Positions 1-16,433 of a DNA stretch of 64,000 bases are shown here, one piece after another. Positions within the stretch are counted from its first letter, which is position 1. The number at the start of each line of letters is the position of its first letter. Made by a program: the position numbers and the translations under genes. The notes beneath the pieces were generated by a model. The model made no database searches. It had not been told where the DNA came from and saw only the letters and a program-made list of their open reading frames with translations. The DNA is from Octopus sinensis (Eukaryota), in NCBI RefSeq assembly GCF_006345805.1, contig NC_043021.1:23498001-23562000 (forward strand), given 5' to 3'.

Positions 1-1600
1 AAACGCAGATAAAACAAAAAGTTGTTTATGAGGCAGATAACCATGTACATAACCAAATCATATAAGAACATGAACCTTACAACTTGTAATTTTATCGATG
101 TCGAAGCAAAAACGCCTAATCGAAGGTATCACCCCACGTAAACATTTTATAACCTTGAAAGACCACAAAGGCAAAACCTTAGCTGTAGATAGACAAATCT
201 CATGAGAAGCGAATTATTCATTATCAACAAATCTATATTAGAGATCATACGACACATCAGAGCTCCTCAGACCTTTACTCAATGGATATGTTCAGAGAAA
301 TTGAAGATTACACGAAATGGCTCAAGAAAATTGAATGTTTCAATAAAATCCAAGTCCAAATACAAATTTATCGAGTTCGAGTTGACTCCTCGATCTCCAA
401 AACCTGCTCCAAAAGCACATTTAACGTCACTAATACTGATATAGCCATAATAATGAATGCAAGGAAGTGATTATTTTTTTAATAATTTCCGTTGTGGAAA
501 AAATGGGGACCAGTTATTTGAGGTCCCTAAGAGGAGCTATGATGGTGCAGAGGAACCAAATCAGGTTAATTTTTACATTCTAGATGTTCTTTAATAAAAG
601 AGATTATTAAAGGTCTTGGAGTGGAATATAACAAATACGAGCACTATATGGATAAAATAAGGGAAAATTTATGCAAAATATTTAGCCAACTGAACCTAAA
701 AACCACAAATAACACTAAATAAGTTGATTTCCTCGACATTAATATGAACAAATTTAAACCCTAGCATAAACCAAATGAGGATACTAACGACACACAGTCA
801 GTCATCAAGCAATATTATCAGTCGCGAGCTTCCAACCTATCCTCTTATAAAGCTACTTTCAAAAAAGGCTTCCCCATATTATATCGGTGCATTAGAAAGG
901 TCAAGCTTTAAGAATAAAGTAAGTTATATTGAACCAAATGTAGATAGACCAGCTAGAAAATTCATAAGACAACCACTGACTTCTATCACATAAATACTAT
1001 AAGATCTTCAATAGAAATACGGTCAAAGTTAGCCATAGTTGCTACCTCAGTATAGAGTTGATTATTTCAACCACAACAAAATTAACAACGTTAGAGACAT
1101 AACCTAAAGATCCTTTAATTTCAGATCTCCGAACTGCTGAACAATAGGTACCAGAAAAAAGAAGTAGTGTCCAGCATTTCGTATTTGAACCGAACAACAA
1201 AACTTTTCATTGGTATGACGGGAAATACCTTCATAAGAAGATATAAGCAACATTTGGATTCGTTCAGAGGTAAAAACAAAAGACATTTTTATCCAATATG
1301 GTATAGACACTTAAAGAGAGAGACGTGAGAGTTTCCATATAAACTGAAGCATTAAAGCTAAGGCCAGCAAATACAAGGGACAGAGCAGCAGAGGTGACCT
1401 CTGCATTACTGAAAATCCAAATCTCCTAACATCATCAGTGAATGTTTTAATTATTAGGGAGAAAAAATTCTCCCCTCACACGTACAAGCAACAATTTATA
1501 CTTCGAAATTTAAAGCATGGCTCCCAACCACTTTGCCATCCTTCCAACCTGAATAAGTTTTTATCTAGCTGTTATAACCCCATGTAACAATGGACCAAGT
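1..1600 (+). mobile_element. Degenerate Penelope-like element (Naiad-type RT + GIY-YIG); 5' part lies outside the window
   Basis: Broken frames encode LKDHK, SYDGAE, VDFLD and FIGMTGNTFIRRYKQHLDSFR (GIY-YIG), with many stops and frameshifts. Confidence 0.8.
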
Positions 1601-1677
1601 TTGGCGTCGAAATATGTGAAACCCCAATTATATGCATATATCCAAATACGAACAAAACACATAATGCATGTGTGTTT

Positions 1678-1765
<88 letters not shown>

Positions 1766-2108
1766 ATATATATATATGTATATACATATATATGGAATGG
1801 AATAATTACTATGAAGCATTGCGTAGAATATATTGTATAAAGGATCGTGGGTAAGGCCAAAACAATGCAAAGTAAAAGCAAGATAAATCACAAGAAAACA
1901 AATATGTGAATTAATGTACACTTACCTTGGGTAGAGTTTACGAACAGAACAAAAGTCGAAGACAGGTGGTGTACAAAACAAACAAATGTATTAGTATAAC
2001 GCTCAGGAAAAAGGAAAAGTCTTTTACGTTTCGAGCCTACGCTCTTCTACAGAAAGGGACACAGAAAACAAGGAGAGAAACAAGGAGAGAAAAAAAAAGA
2101 AAGAAAAA

Positions 2109-2159
<51 letters not shown>

Positions 2160-3204
2160 CTGAAAATATTGGATGCACTAGCCTTCTATATCTGCATTGG
2201 TTTGTTTATAAAATGTACAATAGTTCTTTTATAGCATCCAAACGATTGCAGGCATGTAAAGTAATATATTATACACTAAAATAAATCATTTCTACATGAT
2301 GTTGACTGCGAGATGAATGTTATCCTATGGATATCAAGTGGTGCGATAAATATATTCATCTCGTACCTCCTGACTTTCTTTAGAGTCTACATACTCTTCC
2401 TGAAATCATCCTCCTTCATTAGGTTGACTGCATTACAACTGCATAAGACTCTACATTACACTCCTACGTATTGGTTTCCTATGTAGTTTGTGATCTGGTC
2501 CACTAAAGGGGATTTTTTTGTGATTACCACCGAATTATATACATGCGTATATTGTGCATTAAATATGTGTGTGTTTGGGAATGAATGTGTGTGTGTGTGT
2601 GTGCGTGTGTGTGTGTGTATGTGTGTGTGTTTGTGTGAATATGTTTGTGTGTGTGTGTGCGTTTGTTTGTTTGTGTGTGTGTGTGTGTAACTATAATGCC
2701 GGTTTACGCACTATGATTCTATGAGTATCACTAGCAGAGATATCGCTGCTGACTCCAGCGGTGGAGCTTCTACCATTAACAGAGAGAAGTCCGAAATCCC
2801 GTTATCTGGAAGTTTCGGTGGTGGCGATGGCAAGTGAGTTATCTCCCCGCTCGCAATATAAAGAAGAGTGCTTTTATACACTAAAAGCCAATATCAGAGT
2901 TCTCTCATGGTAACTATCGCAGTAATTTTTGTTTTAACACAACATCCACTTTTAAATAAGGATCAATATTCCTTCTTTGCTATTCATACTGCTTCTGTCG
3001 CTAATAATAATTTTAAAAGCCTACTGGCTATTTCCGACACCAGTTCTTGTTTAGACACTGTGATTCTATGTATGTCCCTAGCAGAGATGGTTCTAATGAC
3101 TAAATTTAAGTAAAATAAAATCATTATTCTTCAATCAGTGCTCAAATTATATATTTATTTAAAGCTTAAATCATATTTTAGTATAAATGTACCTTAAGCC
3201 CGTT

Positions 3205-3390
3205 ACCTGACAGAATTGTCAGCACCGCCAGACATAATGCCTAGCAGTATTTCACAGCTCTTTATGTTCTCAGTTCAAATTCCACCGGGGTCAACTTAGC
3301 CTTTAATATTTTCGAAGTCGATAAAATAAGTACCAGTTGGACGCTGGGGCTGGATGTAATCGACTGGCCCCCACCTATCAAAATAGCTGC
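3205..3390 (+). mobile_element. Old tRNA-derived SINE copy (also at ~17480-17665)
   Basis: Contains cagttcaaattccaccggggtcaacttagcc...gtcgataaaataagtaccagttg, the body shared by many SINE copies in this window. Confidence 0.7.
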
Positions 3391-3640
3391 TTTCGAATCA
3401 AAATTTAAAACTTGTATAAATGTCTGGCTTGCGCCCTTATTTTCGACAGTCTTCCATAAGGTAGAGGACCGGCAGAATTGATAAAGCATCGAGTTGAATG
3501 ATTCACAAAATTCGTTTCTGTTCCCTCCACTTTCAGGTCAAATCCTGCCAAGCTCAACCATGTTATCAATAAAAAACTTAGGCTTCGGGATTGTTTGTTT
3601 GTGAAGGGTTGTGATTGACTACACTTTCTTAATTTGGATA

Positions 3641-4919
3641 TACGAGGGGCGTTCAATAAGTAATGCCCCTGACCCACTTCCCATAGCAGTAGAGCAACGA
3701 AACTTGGCACAGTTATTAGTCTTTGTCTACTTAGGAACAACCAAGAGTTACGCATTTCTCCCATCGTTTGATGCAGCTCTGAAGACCGTTTTTGTAGAAG
3801 ACCCCAGCTTGGTACTCCAACCACGACGTGACTTCAGAAATAAAGGCTGCATCATCTGGGAAACGATTTCCTTTCAAAAACAACTTCATGGCTGGGAAGA
3901 GGTGAAAATCAGAGGGTGCAAGGTCAGAAGAGTAGGGGGATGGGGGAGGAGTTCATAGCCGCACGCCTGTGCTTCTGATCTGGCGACACGCGAGTTGTGG
4001 ACCAGAGCGTTGTCCTGCAGGAGGAGGATGCCTTTGCTGATCTTGCCCCGCCTCTTGATTTTGATAGCTTCTCTTAATTTCCTCAAAAGTGAAGCATAAT
4101 AGGCTCCTGTAATTGTGGCACCATTTGCCAGGAAATCTGTCATCACTACTCCGTCCTGGTCCCAGAAGACTGTGAGCATGACCTTGCCAGCGGGGGGCTG
4201 CACCCTTGCCTTCTTTGGAGGAGGGGAGTCACGGTGCTTCCACTACATTGACTGGGCTTTGGTCTCTGGATCATAGTGATGGACCCAGGTTTCATCCTGT
4301 GTAATTAGTCTTTTGAAAAATTTTGACTCATCTTCTTGGCACATCTCCAAATTCATCCTCGAGCAATCGACGCGTTCTTGCTTCTGGAAAGATGTGAGCA
4401 ACCTGGGAATCCATCTGGCAGACACCTTTTGCATATGCAAATGGTCATAAATGATAGTTTCCACAGACCCGGTACTAATCTTGACCTCATGGGCTATTTG
4501 GCGAATAATTATGCGTCGATCTTCCAAAATGGCAGCCTCAACTTGACGGACAGATGCCTCATCAATGGCAGAAGGGGGAGGGGCAACCAGATCTGGGAGC
4601 TGTTTCCACAGAGTTCCGACCATGTTTGAATTCACAATGCCAGCGTTTTACAAGGTCATATGATGGGGCATCATCACTATAAGTTACTTTCATTTCATCA
4701 AAAGTCTCCCGTGGTGTGCGTCCTTTCAAATACAAAAACCGGATCACTGCTTGACATTCAACAGACTCCATTTCACACTTGACTCAGTTCAAACACCTGT
4801 AAATCAGAAACCACAATTAGTTTAGAGCTGTAATTTGCCACTTAATCTATAGAGATATACATAATTACACATGCAAAATTTCAGCTAGATCGAACATTAC
4901 TTATTGAACGCCTCTCGTA
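3641..4919 (-). mobile_element. Full-length mariner (D,D34D) transposon, 1279 bp including TA; transposase disrupted
   Basis: TIRs tacgaggggcgttcaataagtaatg / cattacttattgaacgcctctcgta with TA ends. Motifs include the N-terminal HTH, WIPRLL, TQDETW, QDNA and LPHPP. One frameshift and one stop are visible. Confidence 0.95.
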
Positions 4920-5479
4920 TTTGAAATGAACAGAGCTTCATTTCGTCTTCAGTGCAATGAGATATCTCTCTCACCTGCCCCTCTTTCTACCTCTCTCTTT
5001 TTCTTTCTCTCCATCTTCCTCTCCCTCTCTCTCCATTTATCTTTCTCTCTCTCTCTCTCTTTCTCTTTCTTTCTTCATTTAATGATATTGAAGAAAATAC
5101 AGGAATTGCTTTGATGACAAGCGTTCTAACGCTTTTGTTAAAAGGTTTGTTGAACCAGATCATATTCCTCTAAAAGATATATGTAATGGTTCTGACGGAT
5201 ATAATTTATATAATTTTTTTTTAAATAACTAAGGGGCGAGTGATTGGTTATACTTGTCCATAGTATAACGAAAAGTTTCTTCATCAAAGAAGACACAGTT
5301 TAAAAGTTTAATGATTGCTACAGATATGATTTTATATATGTTTTATACATCACAGCATCGCGGTATCACAGCATCACAGCATCGCGGTATCGACCTGATT
5401 ATCGGATGTTATTGTACACCGCTGGTCACAATGCGCTTCGCATGGCTCCAGCTTTTGAAAGATACTGTCTCACTGGTTT

Positions 5480-6290
5480 GAGAGGCAGGCCAACATTCTC
5501 CTCGAACGGAACGCCAGTCCATCGCAGGGTTATTCATTTAGAGTTCAGTGGAACAACGTGAAACGGAGTGTTTTATTTAAGAACACAACGTACGCTGGGA
5601 ATCGAAACCACAATCTCGCAATTGTGAGTGCAATACTCTCACTACTAGAGCACAAACCTTCACACTATATAGCTGCGTGGTAAGAAGTTTCTTTCCCAAC
5701 CACATGGTTGTGCGTTCATTCCCAGGGCGTGGTACTTTGGGCAAATGTCTTCTTCTATAGTCTCGAATCCATCAAAGAAATATGGAAAAGGCAGTGCTAA
5801 GAGTGATGAATTAGAGGTAGCAGAGAAAGGGTATTATGTGAGAGACAGTGACGGGACAGTGAATGAATGATGGAGGTAACCCAATATTTCGTTGCTATTT
5901 TTGATAGGGTCTCTGCTTTGAGATGCAACATTCCAAAAAAAAAAATTATGATTTTCTATAAACATACACAGTACTTAAATATATGCTATTATTAGTTTTA
6001 TGCTTTGAAAATCCAATAAGGCAAAACCTTGTGAGGGGATTTAGTAGACGAAAACTGAAAGAATTTCGATGTGTGGGTTTCTGGGTGTGTGATGTACCTG
6101 TTTGCCTCCCACTACCACTTGAAATCCGATGTAGTTGTGACTAAGCGCCCGTATCTAAGCGGATCGGCAAAACAGACCGCTGGAATTAGTACGAAGCTTT
6201 AAAATTAAGTTCTAGAATCGATTCGTTCGACTAAAATTCTTCAAGGCGGTGTCCCATATGGCCGCAGTCTAATGACTGAAACAAGAAAAT
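5480..6290. mobile_element. Cluster of decayed tRNA-head SINE fragments (also at ~19760-20570)
   Basis: Minus-strand head ending ...aaaccttcac (~5660), plus-strand head gctgcgtggtaagaag...gggcaaatgtcttc (~5670-5770), and tail ...atggccgcagtctaatgactgaaac (~6280). Confidence 0.6.
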
Positions 6291-6424
6291 GTCAAGAGAT
6301 CAAATATAACAGTTATTCCAACATAAATCATTATGATGAAATTTGGGGGAGATTATCTGTTATTTTTAACATATCAAGAAACAACATGTTTCCTTCGTTG
6401 TTCAATTTGCTATTATTATTGTTG

Positions 6425-6810
6425 TTGACAGTATCGTTAATACGCCGGGCGAAATGCGTAGCCGTATTTCGTCTGCCGTTACATTCCGAGTTCAAATTCC
6501 GCCGAGGTCGACTTTACCTTTCATCCTTTCGGGGTCGATTAAATAAGTACCAGTTACGCACTGGGGTCGATATAATCGACTTAATCCTTTTGTCTCTCCT
6601 TGTTTGTCCCCTCCGTGTGTAGCGCCTTGTGGGCAGTTAAGAAATAGGTATTTCATCTCTCGCTACGTTCTGAGTTCAAATCTCGCCGAGGTTGACTGCC
6701 TTTCATCCTTTCGGTGTCGATAAATAAAGTACCAGTTGAGTACTATGGTCGACGTGATCGACTGTGACCCTCCCCACAAAATCCAGACCTTGTGCCTATG
6801 GTAGAAAGGA
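6425..6810 (+). mobile_element. SINE with a Tx1-like tail (6425-6646) joined to a second SINE body starting at ggtatttc (6647-6810); also at ~20705-21090
   Basis: Two SINE bodies in tandem. The first ends tgtgggcagttaagaaata and the second starts exactly at the Tx1 target-site motif. Confidence 0.85.
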
Positions 6811-7503
6811 GTATCGCTGTTGTCGTTTTCATATTTGTAGTACTCTTTTACTCTTTTTACTCATTTACTATTATGTTCATAGTATTTTTGTTGATTCAAA
6901 TGATTGTCCTCTCTTTGTGTTATTCAAATAAACGTTTCGAAATAAATATGGACGAATTCACAAATGAACAAATATTTGTTAAATTTGAGAAAATCTATTT
7001 AAAGGCAAAACATTTCGTGATGGTTACGGTTGAAACGTCAGTTAACACTGTTTCGAGGCTGCCCTGGGGTTAAACAAGGAAACACAAACAATAATAACAG
7101 TAAAAATAACATTGATGTAGCAGCAGTGGCATCAAACTTTATTTCTCATAATCATTAATTGGTTATTTTTTATTCTACAGATAGTTAAAGTACTTTCCAT
7201 ATGTGCATGTTCCTCCTTGCTTGGATATACCAATATACATGCATGCATACATATATATATATGTAAGTGTATGTAGGTTATGTATATATATATATATATA
7301 TGTATATGTATGAAGATATATACATATATATATAAATACATATATATATACACTCATACGTATGTGTATATATATGTATGTATGTATGTACGTATGTATG
7401 TATAAATAATATAGGAGATGTGGTGGCTAGTAGTGATTGTGTATACATGTACAAGATTACAAGTATATACTGCACTAATGAAATAGTCTCCATTTATTAT
7501 TAC

Positions 7504-7576
<73 letters not shown>

Positions 7577-7652
7577 GGTAGCTATACTAAGTAACCAAGT
7601 CCAAAGTCCGACAAGCCAGTAAATCTTGAATTCTTCCCAGTAACTAGGTACG

Positions 7653-7782
7653 TTAATGTAATTTCTTCCACATGGTTGCCAAATCATCGCTAGCGTCGAA
7701 GTGGGCTTTGACCCATGGTATTAATTTCTCAGCAGATGGCGTATTGCATTCTGAAGATATCTTGGCAATATTATTCCACAAC
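7653..7782 (-). CDS. STC: Duplicated stanniocalcin-like exon 4 (distal copy)
   Basis: Appears identical to 22032-22161 with acceptor and stop intact. Confidence 0.8.
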
Positions 7783-7842
7783 CTGCAATATAAAAAATAT
7801 ATTGGTGTCTTAATCAAACACACTCAGTCAATAACACTCAGA

Positions 7843-10720
<2,878 letters not shown>

Positions 10721-10760
10721 ATCACCACCAACAACAACAACCAAAATAACAAAAACTTAC

Positions 10761-10987
10761 ATTTTATAATGCCTTGATTTGGATGTTTTTATTGGTTCAT
10801 TGAATAGATACCACAGTTCCTTGCGGTGCTTCCAGCCAACATTACAGAAATCATTGGCTGTGTAACATTCCTTTTGTATTTTCAGTATCATTGCGTCAAC
10901 TTTACTACAATCGATTGACGGACGTTTGTAGAGTTCTGTTAACTTCATCGCGAAACATTTTGTGATACTATTTATCCAGATCTTACC
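10761..10987 (-). CDS. STC: Duplicated stanniocalcin-like exon 3 (distal copy)
   Basis: Appears identical to 25129-25355 with both splice sites intact. Partly seen as ORF 10757..10948. Confidence 0.8.
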
Positions 10988-11230
10988 CTGTGAATATTAG
11001 ACAGTGATTAGTGAAAGCAAAAATTGACTTTTGGGGGATTGTTTATTTATTTATTTATTTGGGGGGAGTGAATAGTAATTCTATCTACTTTTAACAAAAG
11101 AGCAGTAATTTTGAGAGGAATGGAGGCCAACTAGATAACAAAGACCCCAATTCTTTGTCTCTCTAATCTGGCGGAGTAAGGAATAGATAAGTTAATAATG
11201 GCGCTTAGAAGAAGGAAGGGTAAAAAAAAA

Positions 11231-11546
11231 ACCTTCGGTCATGAATGACCATGGGTCTGCACTTAGAAAGTTGCCCCCTCCCCCAAAGCACAAGAATGGG
11301 CAGGGTTGTTTATGGAAGATCAGCAGTCAGCTATGCATACCTGCCTCCTTTTTCCATGCCAAAGGAAAAGCCGATACAGCTTGGCACCACTGAGGTCGCA
11401 ACTCATTTCTACAGCTGAGTGAACTGTAGGAACGTGAAATAAAGGGTCTTGCACAAGAACACAACACACGCCTCGGTCTGGGAGTCGAACTCACTACCTC
11501 ATGCTTGTGAGCCCGACGCTCTAACCACTGTGCTATGCACCTTCAC
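11231..11546 (-). mobile_element. tRNA-derived SINE with a CORE-like segment (also at 25599-25914)
   Basis: Minus-strand head gtgaaggtgcatagcacagtggttagagc...gagttcgactccc (A and B boxes), then tgtgttcttgtgcaagaccc...cagctgtagaaatgag. Confidence 0.85.
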
Positions 11547-11877
11547 ATACGATAATGTATAGATTATAAAAAATAGTGAAGGGATGAAAGGAAAAACAGA
11601 GACACTCGGTCAGTGCATAATGCCTGACTTATAAAAACGTTATAAATCTAAGTAACGAGAAATGATGGGTTTATGGTAGCAGTGAAATGTACCATAACAA
11701 AGAAGGTGATGCGGGTATTTTGAAAGTACCTCTCAGAGTGACGGCCGTGTCCTGAATGGTTAGGGTTGCCACTACTTGTTAAATAAAAGATAATTTGATT
11801 GTCAACATACTTAATGTATGGAATATTAGAAAACTGAAGTAGAATTACGTATTTATTGAGTAAAACAAAAATAATAA

Positions 11878-12085
11878 TAGTCGTTTCTATTACAGGCGCA
11901 AAGCCTGAAATATTGGGGGAGAAAACTAGTCGATTACATCGACCCCAATGATCAGCTGGAATTTATTTTATCCACTCTGAAAGGATGAAAGGCAAAGTCG
12001 ACCTCGGCGGAATTTTAGCTCATAATGCAAAGACGGACGAAATGCCGCTAAGCATTTTCCCGGCGTATTAATGATACGGCCTGCT
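11878..12085 (-). mobile_element. tRNA-derived SINE (also at ~26246-26460)
   Basis: Reverse complement of the common SINE body (gtcgacctcggcggaatt..., gaaatgccgctaagcatt). Confidence 0.8.
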
Positions 12086-12127
12086 CAAACCAATAATAAT
12101 ATTAATAATAACAACAATGATAATAAC

Positions 12128-12158
<31 letters not shown>

Positions 12159-12196
12159 GTAATAATAATAATAACAACAACAATAATAATAATATT

Positions 12197-13212
12197 AGTA
12201 TTTAAGGAAGCTGACAAATACAAACAAGAAATCATACCACCTAATAAACACAAAGAAGAAGAAGAAGATGATGAAGAAACAACAAAAGCTATAAAACAAA
12301 TGAAATCCAAACTAAAAATAGAACAGCAACGAGCCATGATAAAACGATGGCAAGAAAAAGCCCTTCATGGTAAATACTGCACTAAACTAAACGCAAAAGA
12401 AATAGACAAAGAAAAATCCCAGCAATGGTTGAGAAGCTCAGGACTCAAAGCAGAAACAGGGGGATTTTTAATTGCAGCACAAGACCAAAGCCTCCCCACC
12501 AGAAATTACCAAAAACATGTAATGAAAAGAAATATTAAAAGTAACTGCAGAATATGTGGAGATGGACAAGAAACAATAAATCATATTATCTCTAGCTGCC
12601 CAGTCCTGGCTAAGAAGGAATATATTCACAGACATGACAGAGTTGGAACCTATATACATTGGAAGCTATGCCAACATTATGGAATAACAACAGAAAAAAG
12701 ATGGTATAGGCACACACCAGAAAAGGTCACAGAAAACGAGAAAGCAACCATACTCTGGGATATGCCGATACACACAGATAGAGAAATTAAGGCCAACAGA
12801 CCAGATATAGTTGTCAGAGATCATGAAGAAAAAAAATGCTTTCTAATTGATGTATCAATACCGACAGATGACAACGTGTCTCTAAAAGAAATGGAGAAAC
12901 TCTCAAAATACAAAGACCTGGAAATAGAGATAACTAGAATGTGGAACCTGAAAACAGAAACAATTCCTATCATAGTAGGTGCATTAGGCATGATAAAAAA
13001 ATATTCAGACAAATACATAACAAAAACACCAGGACTTACAAACACATATAACATACAGAAAATTGCACTACTAGGCACTGCACACATCCTACGCAGAACA
13101 CTTTCCATACAATAACCATCAGAGCATCACAACAAATCACAGCACATACCCAAGGCACACAGAGCTGCGCTCGGTAGTGAAGTGAAAGTACGCTATAAAA
13201 ATAAAACTACTG
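12197..13212 (+). mobile_element. 5'-truncated R4/Dong-type REL-endonuclease LINE (family A) in (AAT)n
   Basis: CCHC knuckle CRICGDGQETINHIISSC, RHD, and REL nuclease RPDIVV..LIDVSIP..EKLSKY. About 100-bp 3' UTR; (AAT)n on both sides. Confidence 0.92.
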
Positions 13213-13230
13213 AATAATAATAATAATAGC

Positions 13231-13305
<75 letters not shown>

Positions 13306-14099
13306 CTTCTTCTACGCTGCAATTTTCTTTGTTTCAGCACACGACCTCAGATCAAGTCACTTTCTATACAAGTACATCTCCGTAAATTGTATGTATGTAT
13401 GCAAGTATGTATATATGGATGTATAAGAGAATATATATGTACGTTTTGCATGCTGTGATTCTGTATGTTGGGTGCAGGTCGCTCATATTAGAATCTCTTA
13501 TATCATGAGCCTTACACAATAATGCACAGATGGCGTTGTCGCTGTCTTCGCTGATTTCCGCCTGCTGCAACATTCTTACCGCTGCTAGAAGTATGTGGCC
13601 AACTAGTGAAAAACATCTGCTTATTCACACCATCTCTCTCAACAAGAATCCTTCCAAGAACTCTCGTGGTCACATACTGTAAAGAAAGCCACGCATGTAA
13701 TTAGCAAGGAAGCTCCTAGCATCTATGGGCCTTAGATATACATTTTACAGGTCCAAACTCGTGCTTATGTTGTGGCATTTGTCAGCAGAGGCTGGCCAGT
13801 TACTTTGTAGAGTTAAATGCTTGAAGAATCCACCAAGAGAGTTAAACAAGTCAGGGTGGTTGACTGTGAGATAATTTCTGGTTGGTTGGATTTCGGGTGG
13901 TACCTTGCTGCTGAAAAGATTTAGCACTATTGTTACTGTTGCAGCTGTTGCTGTTGCTTCTACTGCGAGAACAATAACAACATGAAGGAAGATACATAGA
14001 CAGATAGATAGATTCACTGATAGACAGACAGACAAACAAACAGGCAGCCATGCGGGCAAGCAGGCAGACAGATAGGCAGGCAGACAAGCGAGCATGTGT

Positions 14100-15910
14100 T
14101 TACGCCAAGCATGTCATCAATAAAACAAAAAGACGTCCTAAGAAGAAAACCAGTCGTCGTTCGCAGGACAGTTACGGTTTTAGACCTTACAAAAACCCAC
14201 CACCTCATAAAATTAGTTTAATATGACAAATTCAACCATAGATCTGATATCTTCCAACACAAATTACAAACATAACTTGAATCTTTTTGGAAAATCCCCA
14301 AACAAATTTATAAACGCAGATAAAACAAAAAGTTGTTTATGAGGCAGATAACCATGTACATAACCAAATCATATAAGAACATGAACCTTACAACTTGTAA
14401 TTTTATCGATGTCGAAGCAAAAACGCCTAATCGAAGGTATCACCCCACGTAAACATTTTATAACCTTGAAAGACCACAAAGGCAAAACCTTAGCTGTAGA
14501 TAGACAAATCTCATGAGAAGCGAATTATTCATTATCAACAAATCTATATTAGAGATCATACGACACATCAGAGCTCCTCAGACCTTTACTCAATGGATAT
14601 GTTCAGAGAAATTGAAGATTACACGAAATGGCTCAAGAAAATTGAATGTTTCAATAAAATCCAAGTCCAAATACAAATTTATCGAGTCCGAGTTGACTCC
14701 TCGATCTCCAAAACCTGCTCCAAAAGCACATTTAACGTCACTAATACTGATATAGCCATAATAATGAATGCAAGGAAGTGATTATATTTTTAATAATTTC
14801 CGTTGTGGAAAAAATGGGGACCAGTTATTTGAGGTCCCTAAGAGGAGCTATGATGGTGCAGAGGAACCAAATCAGGTTAATTTTCACATTCTAGATGTTC
14901 TTTAATAAAAGAGATTATTAAAGGTCTTGGAGTGGAATATAACAAATACGAGCACTATATGGATAAAATAAGGGAAAATTTATGCAAAATATTTAGCCAA
15001 CTGAACCTAAAAACCACAAATAACACTAAATAAGTTGATTTCCTCGACATTAATATGAACAAATTTAAACCCTAGCATAAACCAAATGAGGATACTAACG
15101 ACACACAGTCAGTCATCAAGCAATATTATCAGTCGCGTGCTTCCAACCTATCCTCTGATAAAGCTACTTTCAAAAAAGGCTTCCCCATATTATATCGGTG
15201 CATTAGAAAGGTCAAGCTTTAAGAGTAAAGTAAGTTATATTGAACCAAATGTAGATAGACCAGCTAGAAAATTCATAAGACAACCACTGACTTCTATCAC
15301 ATAAATACTATAAGATCTTCAATAGAAATACGGTCAAAGTTAGCCATAATTGCTACCTCAGTATAGAGTTGATTATTTCAACCACAACAAAATTAACAAC
15401 GTTAGAGACATAACCTAAAGATCCTTTAATTTCAGATCTCCGAACTGCTGAACAATAGGTACCAGAAAAAAGAAGTAGTGTCCAGCATTTCGTATTTGAA
15501 CCGAACAACAAAACTTTTCATTGGTATGACGGGAAATACCTTCATAAGAAGATATAAGCAACATTTGGATTCGTTCAGAGGTAAAAACAAAAGACATTTT
15601 TATCCAATATGGTATAGACACTTAAAGAGAGAGACGTGAGAGTTTCCATATAAACTGAAGCATTAAAGCTAAGGCCAGCAAATACAAGGGACAGAGCAGC
15701 AGAGGTGACCTCTGCATTACTGAAAATCCAAATCTCCTAACATCATCAGTGAATGTTTTAATTATTAGGGAGAAAAAATTCTCCCCTCACACGTACAAGC
15801 AACAATTTATACTTCGAAATTTAAAGCATGGCTCCCAACCACTTTGCCATCCTTCCAACCTGAATAAGTTTTTATCTAGCTGTTATAACCCCATGTAACA
15901 ATGGACCAAG
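14100..15910 (+). mobile_element. Second (duplicated) copy of the degenerate Penelope-like element, including its N-terminal part
   Basis: YGFRPYKNPPPHKI N-terminal motif at about 14170-14215, followed by the same RT and GIY-YIG remnants as 1-1600. Confidence 0.8.
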
Positions 15911-15988
15911 TTTGGCGTCGAAATATGTGAAACCCCAATTATATGCATATATCCAAATACGAACAAAACACATAATGCATGTGTGTTT

Positions 15989-16048
<60 letters not shown>

Positions 16049-16390
16049 ATATATATATATGTATATACATATATATGGAATGGAATAATTACTATGAAGC
16101 ATTGCGTAGAATATATTGTATAAAGGATCGTGGGTAAGGCCAAAACAATGCAAAGTAAAAGCAAGATAAATCACAAGAAAACAAATATGTGAATTAATGT
16201 ACACTTACCTTGGGTAGAGTTTACGAACAGAACAAAAGTCGAAGACAGGTGGTGTACAAAACAAACAAATGTATTAGTATAACGCTCAGGAAAAAGGAAA
16301 AGTCTTTTACGTTTCGAGCCTACGCTCTTCTACAGAAAGGGACACAGAAAACAAGGAGAGAAACAAGGAGAGAAAAAAAAAAAAGAAAAA

Positions 16391-16433
<43 letters not shown>

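Noticed and set aside
2020-2057. Hammerhead-like vestiges (also ~16300-16337, ~41047-41070, ~63505-63541)
   Set aside because: The CUGANGA core or stems I/II are not intact; treated as decayed Penelope-type terminal sequence.
11470-11546. tRNA genes (A/B-box sequences here and at 36150-36216, 46291-46345, 52215-52250)
   Set aside because: They are SINE or PLE-associated tRNA-like heads that run on into repeat bodies and have no complete cloverleaf.
13364-13573. Protein-like minus-strand ORF MLQQAEISEDSDNAICALLC as a possible extra exon
   Set aside because: No recognisable domain, weak splice signals, and no place for it in the phase-consistent STC model.
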